NCBI GenBank assembly: GCA_038212275.1
Contig: JBBQUR010000006.1
Coordinates: 160,001 to 224,000, forward strand
Length of the DNA: 64,000 nucleotides
Source of the DNA: Planctomycetota bacterium
Lineage (GTDB): Bacteria > Planctomycetota > B15-G4
Direction of reading: 5' to 3'
The position numbers and the translations under genes were made by a program. Numbering within the stretch: the stretch's first letter is position 1; every line of letters begins with the position of its first letter. Below, piece by piece: positions 61,751 through 64,000 of the stretch. Under the pieces are notes generated by a model. That model searched no databases and was not told the DNA's origin. It was given only the letters and a program-made list of their open reading frames with translations.

Positions 61751-62437
61751 TCAGGCCCTGTGCGCCGCGGCGCGTGCGATGCGCACGATGAGCTGGTATT
61801 CATCGGCGCGCACGGGCTGCACCGAGAGCCGGCTGCCGCGCTGCATGAGCGGCATATTCCGCAGTTCCTTGATCCCGGCGAGCGTTTCCCGGTCGATCGG
61901 CTGCAAGAAGGTTTCCACGTAGCGGATGTCCACGAGAAACCACGTGGGTTGCTCGCGCACGCTGGCCGGATCGTAATGGTGATCCTTCGGATCGAAGGCG
62001 GTGGGGTCCGGCTTCGGCTTGCTGGCCACCTCGGCCAGTCCGACGATCGCCGGCGGGTCCGCATTGGAGTGGTAGAAGAGCACGCCGTCGCCGACGCGCA
62101 TCTGGTCGCGCAGCGTGTTGCGCGCCTGATAATTGCGCACGCCGTCCCAGCCGGTGACACCGTCGCGCGCGAGGTCCGCGATGGAGTAGCTTTCGGGCTC
62201 CGTCTTCAGCAGCCAGTAGTTCCGCTGCCGCGGCGGCGAGCCGACGCCGCCTTCGCCGGCGCCGAAAGCGGAGATGCCCGGATTCCGGCGGCTGGCGCCC
62301 TTCACGCCGTTCGAGCCGTTCGCGCCCTTCGCGCCTCTCGCGCCTTTTGCGCCTCTCGCACCCGGCGCGCTCCGGCCGTGAGCTGGCTTTCCGGCTCCGC
62401 CCGGGGTTTTCGGGCGGCCGCCGCCTGCGGGGCTCAC
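61751..62437 (-). CDS. EVE domain protein with basic Gly/Ala/Lys N-terminal tail
   Basis: YWLLKTEP, WDGVRNYQARN, FYHS, RLSVQPV; GTG overlaps orn stop. Confidence 0.92.
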   Translation of the reverse strand: MSPAGGGRPKTPGGAGKPAHGRSAPGARGAKGARGAKGANGSNGVKGASRRNPGISAFGAGEGGVGSPPRQRNYWLLKTEPESYSIADLARDGVTGWDGVRNYQARNTLRDQMRVGDGVLFYHSNADPPAIVGLAEVASKPKPDPTAFDPKDHHYDPASVREQPTWFLVDIRYVETFLQPIDRETLAGIKELRNMPLMQRGSRLSVQPVRADEYQLIVRIARAAAHRA

Positions 62438-63063
62438 GCCTGCGACCCCGCGCCCGGCTCCGCACCTTCCTCCAGCGGCGGCGCGACGCTCTTCTTCGGA
62501 GGCGCGAGCCACTGATTGCGGTAGTGCTTGAGCTGCGCGATGGACTCGCGGATGTCGTCCAGCGCGCGGTGCTTGTCGCCCTTGCGCGGCGCGTTGCCGA
62601 TGGAGGCCACGTTCCAGCGCGTCGCGACCTCCTTGAAGGAGCTCACGTCGATGGTGCGGTAGTGCAGCAGCTCGTCCACCGACGGCATCTGCAGCTTGAG
62701 GAACATGCGGTCGCACCAGATGGAGTTGCCGCAGAGCGGCGCACTGCGCGGGCGCACCCACGCCTTGAGGAAACCCAGCGTCTCGCGCTCGGCGTCTTTG
62801 AGACTCATCGAGCTGAGCCGCACCTTTTCGGTGAGCCCCGACTTCGTGTGCATCTCGCGCACGATCGGAATCATGCGGGCGATGTGCTCGGGGCCGGCGT
62901 GCACGATGATCTCCGGCCCCTCGGCCACGATCTCGAGCTGGTTGTCGGTGATGAGCGTCGCGATCTCGACGATCGTGTTCTGCAGCGGATCGAGCCCGGT
63001 CATCTCGAGGTCGATCCAGACCAGCAGATCGTCGCGCGGGCCATTGGCCGGAGTGTTCAGCAC
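62434..63063 (-). CDS. orn: Oligoribonuclease
   Basis: LVWIDLEMTGL, MHTKSGL, PLCGNS, HYRTIDVSS, HRALDDIRESI. Confidence 0.95.
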   Translation of the reverse strand: MLNTPANGPRDDLLVWIDLEMTGLDPLQNTIVEIATLITDNQLEIVAEGPEIIVHAGPEHIARMIPIVREMHTKSGLTEKVRLSSMSLKDAERETLGFLKAWVRPRSAPLCGNSIWCDRMFLKLQMPSVDELLHYRTIDVSSFKEVATRWNVASIGNAPRKGDKHRALDDIRESIAQLKHYRNQWLAPPKKSVAPPLEEGAEPGAGSQA

Positions 63064-64000
63064 CGTGAGTCCTCGGACAGAAACCAGCGTTCCAGGACAA
63101 GCAGGGTAAAGAGTGGCTCGTGAGCCGCAACCCGATTCTGCGCGTGATCGTCCAGCAGGGCCTCCACCGCGGCGGGTCGGAAGAGGCCGCGCCCCCGCGC
63201 CGCGGGCGACAGCAGCACCTCCCGCGCATGGCCCGCGAGCGGCCCGCGGAACCAGTGCTCGAGCGGCACGCCGAAGCCCCGCTTGGGTCCGCTGAGCACG
63301 TCCGCAGGCAGCAGGCGCCGCAGCGCGTGGCGCAGGACGAGCTTGCTGGTCGTCCGCCACGGCGGGCCGCCGAGCAAACCGTCCGTACTGTCGCCACGGG
63401 CGGCCCCACGGCCGGCGCCACGCGCAGCGCTCGCACGCCCCAGCTTCAGGCGCCCCGGCAGCGAGGCCGCGTACTCCAGCAGCTCGCGGTCGAGGAAGGG
63501 ACAGCGCGCCTCGAGTCCCTGCGCCATGCTCGCGATGTCGAGCTTCACGAGCAGGTCGTCGGGCAGGTAGCGCTCGAGGTCGAGCAACAGCGCCTCGTTG
63601 AGCGGCAGCGGCAGGTCCACGTCGGCGCCGTAGAAGGACGGCGTGCCGAAGAAGGCCTGGCCTTCGGGCGTGAGCAGGCCGCGGATCTGCCCTGCGGTCA
63701 TGGCCACGCGCCAGTCGTGATTGCGCTGGCGCGGCGTGCGGTCCAGGCTGTCCACGAAACGCACGAGTCGCGCGCCCGCGCCGCGCGCACCGGCGAACGA
63801 CGCCTCGCCGTTGGAGACCAGCGCGCCGCCCGCGCCCGTGGCGACGGCTGCGGAGGCCGCCGCAGACAGCGCGAGGCGCAGCGGCGCGGCAAACGGGCCG
63901 TCGAGGCGATCGGCCAGAGCCAGCGCGCGGTAGCGGTCGTAACCGGCAAAGGCCTCGTCGCCGCCGTCGCCGGTGAGCACGACCTTCACGTGCTCCTTCG
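63057..64000 (-). CDS. asnB: Asparagine synthase (glutamine-hydrolysing) family, C-terminal part (truncated by window edge)
   Basis: VVLTGDGGDEAFAGY, YLPDDLLVKLDIASM, LEARCPFLD, KRGFGVP. Confidence 0.88.
   Translation of the reverse strand, partial: KEHVKVVLTGDGGDEAFAGYDRYRALALADRLDGPFAAPLRLALSAAASAAVATGAGGALVSNGEASFAGARGAGARLVRFVDSLDRTPRQRNHDWRVAMTAGQIRGLLTPEGQAFFGTPSFYGADVDLPLPLNEALLLDLERYLPDDLLVKLDIASMAQGLEARCPFLDRELLEYAASLPGRLKLGRASAARGAGRGAARGDSTDGLLGGPPWRTTSKLVLRHALRRLLPADVLSGPKRGFGVPLEHWFRGPLAGHAREVLLSPAARGRGLFRPAAVEALLDDHAQNRVAAHEPLFTLLVLERWFLSEDSRC

Noticed and set aside
63057..64000. AsnB as a lasso peptide cyclase
   Set aside because: No precursor or B protein visible; motifs fit ordinary AsnB-family amidotransferases; the gene is truncated by the window.

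Overview
Very GC-rich bacterial DNA. The gene content and a recurring C-terminal domain on exported proteins suggest an uncultured Planctomycetota-like lineage (inference only). Bases 1-21.4 kb are the 3' part of a large NRPS-PKS hybrid cluster: C-A-T | docking-C-A-T-KS-AT-KR-ACP (one frameshift in the KS) | C-A-T-C-A-T-C-A-T, with no release domain. The predicted backbone is Pro/Pip-like residue, Ile-derived statine, X, X, Gly. Next come an M32 carboxypeptidase, an O-methyltransferase, a GT-C-like membrane protein, an S8 protease, phoBRU with a divergent OprO/P porin, and a PQQ sugar dehydrogenase. Two cobalamin riboswitches follow: one precedes btuFCD and the other precedes two uncharacterised exported proteins. 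The window also holds an SBBP protein, an inverted pair of ~200-bp structured repeats, an acyl-CoA dehydrogenase/BY-kinase pair, an ECF sigma/anti-sigma/secretin-N triad, and an RGPP-ending His/Cys leader peptide before a porin and metal ABC operon. It ends with a DHFR-like gene, katG and an asnB-orn-EVE-cytochrome c peroxidase-SIMPL cluster. Best leads: (1) a shared C-terminal sorting-like domain on four unrelated exported proteins, (2) a riboswitch-controlled putative surface B12-capture module, (3) a metal-sensing ribosome-arrest leader, (4) the statine-forming assembly line. No tRNA, rRNA, CRISPR array or transposase was recognised.
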